A stretch of 64,000 bases of DNA, from positions 265,811 to 329,810 of the forward strand of contig CAZALK010000002.1 in the NCBI GenBank assembly GCA_964486045.1, read 5' to 3'. The position numbers and the translations under genes were made by a program. Each line of letters opens with the position of its first letter. Position 1 is the first letter of the stretch. The notes under the pieces are model-generated. The model was not told the DNA's origin. It searched no databases and was given only the letters and a program-made list of their open reading frames with translations. Of the stretch, positions 9,691 to 19,116 are shown piece after piece. This DNA comes from an uncultured archaeon. Lineage in GTDB: Archaea; Asgardarchaeota; Lokiarchaeia; Sigyniarchaeales; SOKP01.

Positions 9691-10806
9691 ATGAATCCGG
9701 ATCAAATAAAGACTAAAAGAATATTTACTAACCAAAATTCTGATATCAAAAAGAAAAAGTCGAGAACTACAGAAAACCCAGAAGTTAAATACTTAACCAG
9801 GTGTCGTGCATTCTCAGATCGACTAATAACTTCTGATGAAAATTCGACTCAAGAGGGATTTGAATATCTTTATAAAAATTATAAAAAATCAGAACTTTTT
9901 AAGCCTGAAACAACCGATTCAAAAATTCGAAGAAGAAACACTTACGGAAAGTATGGGTTTAAAATATTTAATGCTATGGTGAAAAGCTATAGTGATATAA
10001 ATCCCTATTTATCTGAAGTAGAGCAAAAGGAGCATTTTAGCCCAATTAATCAAGTTCTTCAAAATATTATTGGTTTATATCCTAATAAGGAGTTATGGTC
10101 TAATCTTCAAAAATATGCTGAGAAAAAATGGGAGATTATAAAGATAGGATTTACTGAACTCCCAGAATCATTAATTTTCAAGAACAAAATGGTTTTGTTT
10201 CGATACGTGTTAGTTTTCATGCAAGAAATGAAGAAGAACAAAATCGATAAAGCTCCGAATATTGAAGCCAGTGATGAAACTATGCGAGTTTACGCAGCGT
10301 TAGGTGAGGCTGTGAATGATATTGCTAATTGGCTTCGTTCAAAGGGAATAAGAAGCCAGAGTAATCATCCAATGGGAGGTTTAGTATGCACCCCACCGCT
10401 TGCAGGAAAAGCAGGAATGGGTTGGCAGGGTAAACAAGGAATATTAATTACACCAGAATTTGGACCTCGTCAAAGATTAGCCCCTATTTTTATTAAAGAG
10501 AAGATCTTTGAATTTACTGATAGTAAAGAACATAGGTGGATTGAAGAATACTGTGTTACTTGTGATTTATGTCAAAAAAATTGTCCAGGTAAAGCAGTTT
10601 ATACTGAAAAAAAAGTCACCATTGAAAATATACCTACGATTGGGGCTATGAAAACTTGTATTGATAATGCTAAATGTTATCCATTTTTTCTTAAAAATAT
10701 GGGATGTTCAATATGCATTGCGGTATGTCCATTTTCAGAAGGACAAATAATATATTCTAAACTGAAAAAATATGTGGAAAAAAAGTCTGTATCTGGAAAG
10801 TTATAA
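9691..10806 (+). CDS. Reductive dehalogenase/QueG-like cobalamin and 2x[4Fe-4S] protein
   Basis: AGMGWQGKQGILITPEFGPRQRL, CVTCDLCQKNCP and C...C...CSICIAVCP. Confidence 0.75.
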   Translation: MNPDQIKTKRIFTNQNSDIKKKKSRTTENPEVKYLTRCRAFSDRLITSDENSTQEGFEYLYKNYKKSELFKPETTDSKIRRRNTYGKYGFKIFNAMVKSYSDINPYLSEVEQKEHFSPINQVLQNIIGLYPNKELWSNLQKYAEKKWEIIKIGFTELPESLIFKNKMVLFRYVLVFMQEMKKNKIDKAPNIEASDETMRVYAALGEAVNDIANWLRSKGIRSQSNHPMGGLVCTPPLAGKAGMGWQGKQGILITPEFGPRQRLAPIFIKEKIFEFTDSKEHRWIEEYCVTCDLCQKNCPGKAVYTEKKVTIENIPTIGAMKTCIDNAKCYPFFLKNMGCSICIAVCPFSEGQIIYSKLKKYVEKKSVSGKL

Positions 10807-11850
10807 CTAGCTCTTAACATATTTTTCCTCGAATATTTTCCTTAAAGTACTTGATTCTCTCAGAACATCTAACGCAATTTGACCATGGTTTTTAGTATAA
10901 CCATTACCAATAATCATTGTGACATCTTTTCCTACACCTTCCGCCCCTAAAGCGGCTTTAGTAAAACTGGTGGCCATTGAGAAAAAATATACAATACCTC
11001 CATCTCGAACAGGAAGAATACTTGACATTTCCGTATTTGGTATGCTCAAACAATTGATTGTGAGATCTACTTCTTGTCCTTTATTAATTTTTAACATTTC
11101 TTCTAGCACTTCTACTGGTTTCAATACGTCAGCAATAATAATCTCATCACAAAATTCTGTTTTTCTAAGAAATTCGGCTCGAGCATCATTTCTTGCCTGA
11201 CCAATTACTTTTCCTTCCTTACCAACAAGTTTTTTAGCAACATAGGAACACATTAACCCAGATTTACCAGTTGCACCTAGAACTAAAACAATATTGCCAT
11301 TTTTCACTAAGCGCTTAACCTGAGCTGGTGCTCCAGCCACATCCAAAGCGGCTAATGCTAATGTATCTTCCATATCAGTAGGAAGTATAGTAAATATTCC
11401 ACTCTCAAAAAGAATAGCCTTCCCCTTTATTTCAACTCTATCAATGTCAGGATTAATATTCAAGATTTTATCTATTCTAAGAGGAGTTAAAGATAAAGAC
11501 ACTAGCGTAGCAATTTTATCACCCTCATTAATCTCAAGTTTACCTTTTAAATCATCCCCAATCTTTTCGATTTTGCCGATCAGCATCCCACCCGAACCGG
11601 TTATTGGATTTTGCATTTTACCTCTTTCGTTTACAATTTCTATTATTTTTAGTTTAACTTTTTCCATATCATTCTGTGCTTCTTCTTTGAGTTGGGTAAA
11701 ACTCGCGGAATCAATATTTAAATACTCTACATCAATTAAAATTTCATTATCAAATATAATCATATCGTTTGAAACCTTTGTTGCGGGTTGAGGTAAAGCT
11801 CCTTTTGGTTCAATTACTCTATGAGTTCCATATTTATTTCCTTTTTTCAT
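10807..11850 (-). CDS. kdd: L-erythro-3,5-diaminohexanoate dehydrogenase
   Basis: YGTHRVIEP, LNIDSASF, RGKMQNPITGSGGM and DVAGAP. Confidence 0.95.
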   Translation of the reverse strand: MKKGNKYGTHRVIEPKGALPQPATKVSNDMIIFDNEILIDVEYLNIDSASFTQLKEEAQNDMEKVKLKIIEIVNERGKMQNPITGSGGMLIGKIEKIGDDLKGKLEINEGDKIATLVSLSLTPLRIDKILNINPDIDRVEIKGKAILFESGIFTILPTDMEDTLALAALDVAGAPAQVKRLVKNGNIVLVLGATGKSGLMCSYVAKKLVGKEGKVIGQARNDARAEFLRKTEFCDEIIIADVLKPVEVLEEMLKINKGQEVDLTINCLSIPNTEMSSILPVRDGGIVYFFSMATSFTKAALGAEGVGKDVTMIIGNGYTKNHGQIALDVLRESSTLRKIFEEKYVKS

Positions 11851-11858
11851 ATCACATC

Positions 11859-12692
11859 TTAGTCCTTTATTTTTAATCCTAATATTTTTCTTGCTTCATT
11901 AGGTGTCGCGATATCTCTTCCTAATTCCTTTGATATTCTAACCACTTTTTCCACTAATTCTCCATTCGATTTGGCTAATATACCTTTAGAAAGATATACG
12001 TTATCCTCAAAACCGACTCTAGCATGACCTCCTTTCTCAATGGATAATGATACCATTGGAAATTCGTATCTTCCAATTGCGCACACTGTATATGTAGAAT
12101 CTTTTGGAATACTTTCTATAAGGAAGGTTAGATCTCGAGGAGATGCACTAATCCCTCCAATCACTCCAAGTACAAAGTTAAAGTGCATTGGTTTTTCGAT
12201 ATATCCTTTTTTATGTAATCGTAATACCGTATCAATCATACCTTTATCAAAACATTCCAGTTCATACATAATATTTCTTTTGTTCATTTCTTCCGCAAAA
12301 TAGATTATCGTATTTTCGGTATTTACGAAAATATCATCTCCTCCAAAATTCATAGTCCCACAATCTAAGGTTGCCATTTCAGGTACTGGGTCTAAATAAA
12401 TCGGCTGTAATCTTTCTTCATTTGTCATTCCTATTGCACCACCAGTAGAAGGTTGAATTATAACATCAGGGCATCGTTTCCTAATTTTTTCGGTGTTTAC
12501 CTTGAACTTTTCTATATCTTGAGTAGGATTCCCATTATCTTCTCTTACATGCAGATGAATTATGCTCGCACCGGCATTATAGGCAGATTCTGCCTCTCGT
12601 CCTATTTCCTCAACAGTGTATGGCGTATTAGGGTTATGTTCCTTAGATACCTCTGCTCCACATATAGCAGCAGTTATTATTAATTTCTCCAT
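11859..12692 (-). CDS. kce: 3-keto-5-aminohexanoate cleavage enzyme
   Basis: IITAAICGAE, IIHLHVRE, STGGA and RVGFEDN. Confidence 0.95.
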   Translation of the reverse strand: MEKLIITAAICGAEVSKEHNPNTPYTVEEIGREAESAYNAGASIIHLHVREDNGNPTQDIEKFKVNTEKIRKRCPDVIIQPSTGGAIGMTNEERLQPIYLDPVPEMATLDCGTMNFGGDDIFVNTENTIIYFAEEMNKRNIMYELECFDKGMIDTVLRLHKKGYIEKPMHFNFVLGVIGGISASPRDLTFLIESIPKDSTYTVCAIGRYEFPMVSLSIEKGGHARVGFEDNVYLSKGILAKSNGELVEKVVRISKELGRDIATPNEARKILGLKIKD

Positions 12693-12742
12693 TAGTTATC
12701 CCAGATATTAATTAGATTAAGTTGAAGTATAAGAAGATTTTT

Positions 12743-13096
12743 CTATGTCATTTCAGATCTTATTCTTATTTGACTAAATTCTATTATGATTATTTTCCCT
12801 TCTAGTTTTTCTAAACTATAACTATTCAAGAATCTTTCAAATAGCTCTTTAACCGCATTTTTTCCTTGCTTTTTAGATCTTAGAATAATAATCCCATAAA
12901 AATTTTCTGTAGGATCAATAAAGTCTGAATTTAACGTTATTAAAACTCGTTTTTCCTTAAAACACTTTCTAATTAAACTTTTATCATCTATACCTACAAT
13001 TTTTTCATGAAAAACAGAATCTACTTTATGTTGTCCAATATTTTCAATTATATTTTTTAAAACCCAAGGCACATTTTCATCTAATTTGAATTTCAC
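12743..13096 (-). CDS. DUF5615/VapC45-like PIN toxin
   Basis: FKLDENV...D..L...RVLIT; downstream of a DUF433 gene. Confidence 0.85.
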   Translation of the reverse strand: MKFKLDENVPWVLKNIIENIGQHKVDSVFHEKIVGIDDKSLIRKCFKEKRVLITLNSDFIDPTENFYGIIILRSKKQGKNAVKELFERFLNSYSLEKLEGKIIIIEFSQIRIRSEMT

Positions 13097-13099
13097 TCT

Positions 13100-13336
13100 T
13101 TATCCCTGATTTTCGGTTAATGGAAGAATTTCCTCTCTAGCTAAAGCGGCTCCGTATTGAAGAGCCGCTTGAATATGCTCTTTCTGTAATGAAAGGTAAT
13201 TTTTTAGTATCTCATCATCTGACATTCCTTCCGCTAAACAGTCTAAAATGATTGAAACGAAGACTCGAGTGCCTTTAAAACAAGCCTTCCCGTGACAAAT
13301 ATTAGGATCAAAACTAATGTAATCTTTCCACATCAC
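13100..13336 (-). CDS. DUF433 antitoxin
   Basis: DPNICHGKACFKGTRV...ILKNYLSL. Confidence 0.92.
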   Translation of the reverse strand: MMWKDYISFDPNICHGKACFKGTRVFVSIILDCLAEGMSDDEILKNYLSLQKEHIQAALQYGAALAREEILPLTENQG

Positions 13337-13488
13337 TAAGATTATAGATACTATTAAGCTATTTAATTTTAATTTAATTTTTCTAAAAGATAAGATTAAA
13401 TAAAATTACTTTCTGATTCTTCTTTTCTTATTTTTGATTTAATTATTAAGCTTTAAGATCTGAATATCTAGATTCTTTGAATAAATTC

Positions 13489-14340
13489 TTACACAAATGA
13501 TGCTCTCACATCATTAGCAAATGTTTTGGCAGCTGGTAAACATTGATCTGCTGTTAATGGTTTTGGCCAGCCAACAACAGGAACATAGTAATTGCAACCC
13601 GCATCTACAAAAGCTTCGACTCTTTCGAGGGAGTCTCCAATGCTTGCCTGGATTGCAAATGTGAATTTATCAGGATCTTTACCAAATTCTTGAAGATATT
13701 TTTTAACCTTTTCTACTTGTTTTGTGTATTCTTCTGCGTCCTTTTGCTGCCAATTTACGCTTACCCATCCATCAAAGTATTTTGCCGTCATCCTTTGCAT
13801 GAAATCTCCTGACCCACCTGACCAAATTTGGGGATAAGGTTTTTGAAAGGGTTTCGGTTCAAGTTCTGCATCCTTTAAAGAATAATATTTTCCTTCAAAG
13901 TTAACTTTCTTTTCAGTCCAAAGCTTAAAAATCAGTTTCATCCCTTCTATTGTTCTGTTAACTCGTTCAGAAGGGCTATGAAAGGTTTGATCTTGACAAT
14001 AAGTAGTAAATTCGGGGGGATGCCACCCAGCGCCAATTCCAAGGATAATACGGCCTTCAGAGAGATGATCCACATGAGCTACAATTTTTGCTAATTGTGG
14101 TGGAAAATATCTTGGAACCGGAGTTACCATTGTTCCAAGTTTTATTTGTTTAGTTCTTGCTGCAAGATATGAGAGAGTAGTGAACGGGTCTAAGCAATCT
14201 TGGATTGGCCCGGGAAGATTGTAGTGATCAGCCATGAAATAGCCATCATATCCAAGTTCCTCTGAAAGTACCGCCATGTCAGAAAATAATTTTAAGGGAT
14301 ATTGTTTCATAACAGCTATAAGATTAATTCCAAACTTCAT
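13489..14340 (-). CDS. LLM-class (probably F420-dependent) oxidoreductase
   Basis: MADH, LGTMVTP, GRIILGIGAGW and PKPFQKPYP. Confidence 0.9.
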   Translation of the reverse strand: MKFGINLIAVMKQYPLKLFSDMAVLSEELGYDGYFMADHYNLPGPIQDCLDPFTTLSYLAARTKQIKLGTMVTPVPRYFPPQLAKIVAHVDHLSEGRIILGIGAGWHPPEFTTYCQDQTFHSPSERVNRTIEGMKLIFKLWTEKKVNFEGKYYSLKDAELEPKPFQKPYPQIWSGGSGDFMQRMTAKYFDGWVSVNWQQKDAEEYTKQVEKVKKYLQEFGKDPDKFTFAIQASIGDSLERVEAFVDAGCNYYVPVVGWPKPLTADQCLPAAKTFANDVRASFV

Positions 14341-14464
14341 AATTGATTTTACACCTTATTTTTATCGTCATATTTTTCCATCTTAATACATATGCTTTAT
14401 TCAAAACAATTTAAGTTTTATTTTAAAAAAGTTACGGTTAAATCTCCTTATCCCCAAGTGTAGT

Positions 14465-15652
14465 CTAAATTACTAGTTCCTCTTGCATTTCATCAATATC
14501 TTTGTCCGAATACCCTAATTCAATGAGTATTTCTTTGTTATGTTGCCCAAGAATTGGAGGAGCTGATAATATTTCTCCTGGTGTATCAGACAATTTAACT
14601 GGGATACCCGTTAACTTGATATTTCCAGCTTTAGGGTGTGCAATTTCATGGACCATTCGTCTGTGTAAAACCTGAGGATCGTTAAAAATCTTGTGCAAAT
14701 TATTGATAGGTCCGCAAGGAACTCCAGCATCAGTCAAAATTTTAAGCCACTCTTCTCCTTTTTTAGTCTTAATTAAATTTCCTATTATCTTAACTATTTC
14801 ATCTCTATTTTCTACACGTTTAGGATTTGTAGAAAATTTAACGTTATCTTTTACATTTTCCAATCCAACAGCTTCACAAAATTTTTGCCATAATTGATCA
14901 TTACCGACAGCAATATTGATATATGCATCTTTTGATTTGAAAGCTTGATAAGGAACGACAACTGGATGACCTGAGCCTAATGGTTTTGGGATTTTTCCTG
15001 ATGCGAAATAAGAACCTGCTTGATAAGTCAACCATGCAACTTGACAATCTAATAAAGATATATCAATTTGTTGTCCTTTTCCGGTTTTTTCTCTATTGTA
15101 AAGAGCGATCATTATCGCAAAGGCAGCAAACATACCTCCAGCAATATCGGCAACAGCCACCCCAACTTTGATAGGCGGCCCTCCCGGTTCCCCTGTAATA
15201 CTCATTAATCCTCCCATTCCTTGAAGAACTTGATCCATTCCCGGTAACAATCTGTATGGACCATCTTGTCCAAACCCCGAAATACTACAATATAATACCT
15301 CGGAATTAGTTTTTTTAACGTTATTATAACTTAAACCTAGCTTTTCCATTGTACCCGGTCGAAAATTTTCTATTATTACATCTGACTGCTTAATTAACTT
15401 GTGTATGATTTCTCTGGATTTTTCTTTTTTAAGGTTTAATGTCAAACTTTTTTTGTTTCGGTTAACACTCATAAAATAGGCACTTTCTCCTTCTATAAAA
15501 GGTGGTCCCCATGCTCTCGAGTCATCACCTCTCCCGGGTATCTCTACTTTTATTATTTCAGCACCCATATCTGCTAACATCATAGTACAATAAGGTCCAG
15601 CTAGCGCTCTCGATAAATCCAACACTTTAATTCCTTCCAGTGGTCTAACCAT
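14465..15652 (-). CDS. Family III CoA transferase (CaiB/BaiF)
   Basis: VLDLSRALAGP, NRNKKS, ENFRPG and VADIAGG (catalytic Asp). Confidence 0.95.
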   Translation of the reverse strand: MVRPLEGIKVLDLSRALAGPYCTMMLADMGAEIIKVEIPGRGDDSRAWGPPFIEGESAYFMSVNRNKKSLTLNLKKEKSREIIHKLIKQSDVIIENFRPGTMEKLGLSYNNVKKTNSEVLYCSISGFGQDGPYRLLPGMDQVLQGMGGLMSITGEPGGPPIKVGVAVADIAGGMFAAFAIMIALYNREKTGKGQQIDISLLDCQVAWLTYQAGSYFASGKIPKPLGSGHPVVVPYQAFKSKDAYINIAVGNDQLWQKFCEAVGLENVKDNVKFSTNPKRVENRDEIVKIIGNLIKTKKGEEWLKILTDAGVPCGPINNLHKIFNDPQVLHRRMVHEIAHPKAGNIKLTGIPVKLSDTPGEILSAPPILGQHNKEILIELGYSDKDIDEMQEELVI

Positions 15653-15659
15653 AGTTTTT

Positions 15660-16907
15660 TCACTTCATCATTTTCTTACATTCATTTAAAGATTCATTAA
15701 TCATTTCTGCTGCATAATCTAAATCATTATCTGTATGTCGATAACAAATATACCCATGATGGAATGGTTGGAGAAATATTCTACGACGGATTAATTGTCT
15801 GTAAAATTCTTCTCGTAACTTTTTGTAGAGATTATGAGAATCGCGTTTAAAAGTAATATAAGGCATCCAGGGTTCACCTGTGTAAACACATGGAACGCCA
15901 CTATCTTCTATTATATTTTTAACGTTTTTAGCAAATCTATTTCCATTCTCCTTGATTTTATCTAACACATTTTCACGTTCCATTATTGCTATTGTTTTAA
16001 GAGCTGCAATTTGTGCAAGACTATTCGGGAAAAAAGTAGAGCTAAGAAATACATTTTCAACTAGTTCATCCATAAACTCTTTTTTACCAGCAAGTACACC
16101 AATAGGATAACCATTCGCCATAGCTTTCCCGAAAGTAGCTAAATCGGGGATAATACCCGAAATTTTCTGAAATCCACCCAGATCTACACGGAACCCCGTC
16201 CGTATCTCATCATAAATTAAGAGGGAGCCATAATTATTAGTAATTTCACGAACACCTTCGAGAAATCCATTTTTAGGCATCTCTACTTCATGTCCACCGG
16301 GATGATTAATCGGTGTAAGAATGATGGCAGCGACATCATTACCATGTTGATTCATAAGATGCTTGATTTGTTCTAAGTTATTATACTCAAATTCTATAAC
16401 ATCCTCATATAATTTTTCTGGTATTCCGCCTTTTTGTTCGACACACCAATCATGCCAACCGTGATAACCACATCGCAATATTTTTGTTCTATTTGTATAG
16501 CTTCTAGCAACACGAATTGCTGAAGTTGTAGCATCAGAACCCATCTTAACAAAAACCATCTTCTCAGCACATGGGATCAATTGTCTTAATTTTTTAGCTA
16601 ATAGATTTTGTACTGGCTGAGTTAGAGACATGCAAAAACCTTTTTCTTTTATTTGGTTAATAACTGCGTTATCAATTTCCTCTTCTCTATGACCAATTAT
16701 TATAGGTCCGTATGCACACAACATATCTAAATATTCATTTCCATCAACATCAATAACCTTTCCCCCTTTAGCTGTCTCGAAAAAAATTGGATATTCACCT
16801 TCCACGAAATTGTAAGGTCTTCTAATACCCAATATTGCCCCTGGAATTAATCCAAGTGCTTCATTATACAGATTAAAAGTATTGTCAAGTGATAATCTTT
16901 TGGACAT
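15660..16907 (-). CDS. kat: Class III aminotransferase (GSA-like), probable 3-aminobutyryl-CoA aminotransferase
   Basis: GIRRPYNFVEGEYPIF, DMLCAYGPII, GYHGWHDWC and FGKAMANG; resembles Cloacimonas Kat as I recall it (not searched); near a kal-less kam cluster. Confidence 0.75.
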   Translation of the reverse strand: MSKRLSLDNTFNLYNEALGLIPGAILGIRRPYNFVEGEYPIFFETAKGGKVIDVDGNEYLDMLCAYGPIIIGHREEEIDNAVINQIKEKGFCMSLTQPVQNLLAKKLRQLIPCAEKMVFVKMGSDATTSAIRVARSYTNRTKILRCGYHGWHDWCVEQKGGIPEKLYEDVIEFEYNNLEQIKHLMNQHGNDVAAIILTPINHPGGHEVEMPKNGFLEGVREITNNYGSLLIYDEIRTGFRVDLGGFQKISGIIPDLATFGKAMANGYPIGVLAGKKEFMDELVENVFLSSTFFPNSLAQIAALKTIAIMERENVLDKIKENGNRFAKNVKNIIEDSGVPCVYTGEPWMPYITFKRDSHNLYKKLREEFYRQLIRRRIFLQPFHHGYICYRHTDNDLDYAAEMINESLNECKKMMK

Positions 16908-17146
16908 TTTTGATCTCCAACTTTATTAAATGATATGAATTAATGATATACCATAATTATTGAAGATTTCTAAAAGGATACCTCTCTCGAGTAAAATCTT
17001 AGAAGTTATATATCACAGAATTTAAGCGATTTTTCCCTTATTTAAACAAAGAATTCTTACACTTAAATTATAAACTATAAAAGTAGGATTTTAGTTTTTG
17101 AATTTTCTTAGAATTTATAGAGAACATACACAAATTGGTGAAAATT

Positions 17147-17314
17147 ATGGAAGGAAAATTAATCTGTTCGGTTTGCGGTAGAGAACAGGAAGTACCGAGA
17201 TGTTGCGATAAATCAATGATTATGAAGAATAGCTATTTATTGTGTTGCTGCTCAAAAGAATGTGGGTATAAACCTATTCCTGATTGTTGTGGAAAACAAA
17301 TGGTGTATACTTAA
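17147..17314 (+). CDS. 55-aa Cys-rich peptide with two desulforedoxin-like motifs (absent from the ORF track)
   Basis: Hand translation MEGKLICSVCGREQEVPRCCDKSMIMKNSYLLCCCSKECGYKPIPDCCGKQMVYT*; GGTGA upstream. Confidence 0.8.
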   Translation: MEGKLICSVCGREQEVPRCCDKSMIMKNSYLLCCCSKECGYKPIPDCCGKQMVYT

Positions 17315-17359
17315 GATGAAAAATCTTGGAAAAATTAGTGTTAAAAAAAAAGGATTTCA

Positions 17360-18940
17360 TTACCAAATTAAATCGGCTATAACACTTTTCGCGGATTCAG
17401 CTAATTTTTTGCTTAAAATCTTTCGAATTCTCAGATCATTAACTGCATCCTCTAAACGAGAATCCAAATTTTTCATTTCCATCAAGTTATTTTTATCCCC
17501 CTGAGTTTCAACCAAACTAATCATAGCATTATCTTTCATCATTAAATCACGCAATTTTTGTCTAAAGCTTGTTTTAACTTTTGTACTAACTATTTTCCCT
17601 TTATCAATTAAAATGGGAAGCACAGGAGCTCTTTCAGTTGTGCTATTTGTATTTGGATCTACAAAGTAAAAGATATAAATTGGTATCCCAACGGTAACAT
17701 TCTGTGATTTAACTTCAAGAGAGTAATTATTGAGAAAAGTTTGAACATTTGTCATTTCTTTATCTTTTAAGTTTTCAATATTATCTAAGCACGATTGTTT
17801 TTCTATTTTAATTTTAGCTACAACATCTTCTGCGGAAACTAAATCCTTACTTAACCCTGAATGCTTCGCTTCAATTTGTTTTTCAACTTCGGTTTTTTTT
17901 TTCTCTAGTTCTCTAATTTTTTGTTGTTTTGATTTTTCTTGGTCAGAGACTTCCCGTTGCACATTTTTCCTTAACTGAGCTATTTCATTCTTATAACGAT
18001 TTATAGAACTTCCTAAATCTTTGTATTTTAGATCGATATCTTTTAAACTTTCTTCTGTAATAAAAAGATCTCTCTGGTTAATAGCATTTCTCATACTATC
18101 AACACTACTTTTTATAGCATTCAGATTATTATTCAATTCTCCTGTTTTATCATTGATTTTATATTTTCCACTTTTAACTAGTTCTTCTGGGGTCTTCTCT
18201 ATCGTTCTTTCTTTCTCTGCTTGTAATTCTTTATTAAGGATGACTAGTTGTTTTTCTTCTTCACCAGTATCGACTTTAGTGTCTCTAATTTTGTCTGCAT
18301 CTTTTCCAGCTTTTTGTTCCCATCTTTCACACAATTTCGTAATTGCATCCCCAAACGTATCGAGAAGATGAACATCCTTTTGGGATACGAAGTCAGTAAT
18401 TTCGGGAACGATTCTCGTTTGGTTTACACTTTTTGTTATTGAACCTCCCTCAAGAAGAAAATAGGGAGACGTATGTGAGCCGATATTGTATTGGTTCAGA
18501 AAAAAATTCTGAAAGTACCCAACCTCAATCGTATTGAATAAAGCTTCTTGAATTACTACACCTCTTTTAAAGTTTTTAACTCTTCTTAAATATGTATTAT
18601 TGTATTGTTGCAGGGAATTTAGAAAGCTTATGGGATCCGCTCCTTTAATAATTGCTTCAGGTCTAGGTGGTACCTGTGCGAATTTGCCAACATTTAATCT
18701 CTCTTGTTTATTATATAGATAACTACATACACATGCCCTAGTATCAGATAATGGAATTAAGCGAACAGGCCAAAAAGCCGTAGCTATTTTTGATAATCTT
18801 CCCAGTTTTTTAAGCCTTTTACCATAAATTTCGATACATTCAATTAACGCCATTGTTAACTCATTCAATAAAGAAGCTTGACTTCTGGCTGGAATAACTT
18901 CACCCATATTAATTAAAAAAGGTACTACTTTATCAACCAT
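17360..18940 (-). CDS. Uncharacterised protein with a long central coiled coil between two globular domains
   Basis: Heptad-rich E/K/Q segment at about aa 200-400; FWPVRL and GIPIYI motifs in the flanking domains. Confidence 0.8.
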   Translation of the reverse strand: MVDKVVPFLINMGEVIPARSQASLLNELTMALIECIEIYGKRLKKLGRLSKIATAFWPVRLIPLSDTRACVCSYLYNKQERLNVGKFAQVPPRPEAIIKGADPISFLNSLQQYNNTYLRRVKNFKRGVVIQEALFNTIEVGYFQNFFLNQYNIGSHTSPYFLLEGGSITKSVNQTRIVPEITDFVSQKDVHLLDTFGDAITKLCERWEQKAGKDADKIRDTKVDTGEEEKQLVILNKELQAEKERTIEKTPEELVKSGKYKINDKTGELNNNLNAIKSSVDSMRNAINQRDLFITEESLKDIDLKYKDLGSSINRYKNEIAQLRKNVQREVSDQEKSKQQKIRELEKKKTEVEKQIEAKHSGLSKDLVSAEDVVAKIKIEKQSCLDNIENLKDKEMTNVQTFLNNYSLEVKSQNVTVGIPIYIFYFVDPNTNSTTERAPVLPILIDKGKIVSTKVKTSFRQKLRDLMMKDNAMISLVETQGDKNNLMEMKNLDSRLEDAVNDLRIRKILSKKLAESAKSVIADLIW

Positions 18941-19116
18941 ATTAGACTCACTTGATATTTCTATATTATTTTTTAATTACGATTTAGTAATTAAAGTTTT
19001 GGTTTTAAATCTTCTTGAAATATTCTTTATTAAAATTATAAATAGAGCTTAGTATTAAGGAATATAGGTTAAATATAAATAATGCAAGCACAAAAGAAGT
19101 TAGGCAACAGTAAATA

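Noticed and set aside
15660-16907. Annotation as glutamate-1-semialdehyde aminomutase (hemL)
   Set aside because: Lacks the HemL GGVNSPVR N-terminal motif and haem-pathway context; context favours Kat
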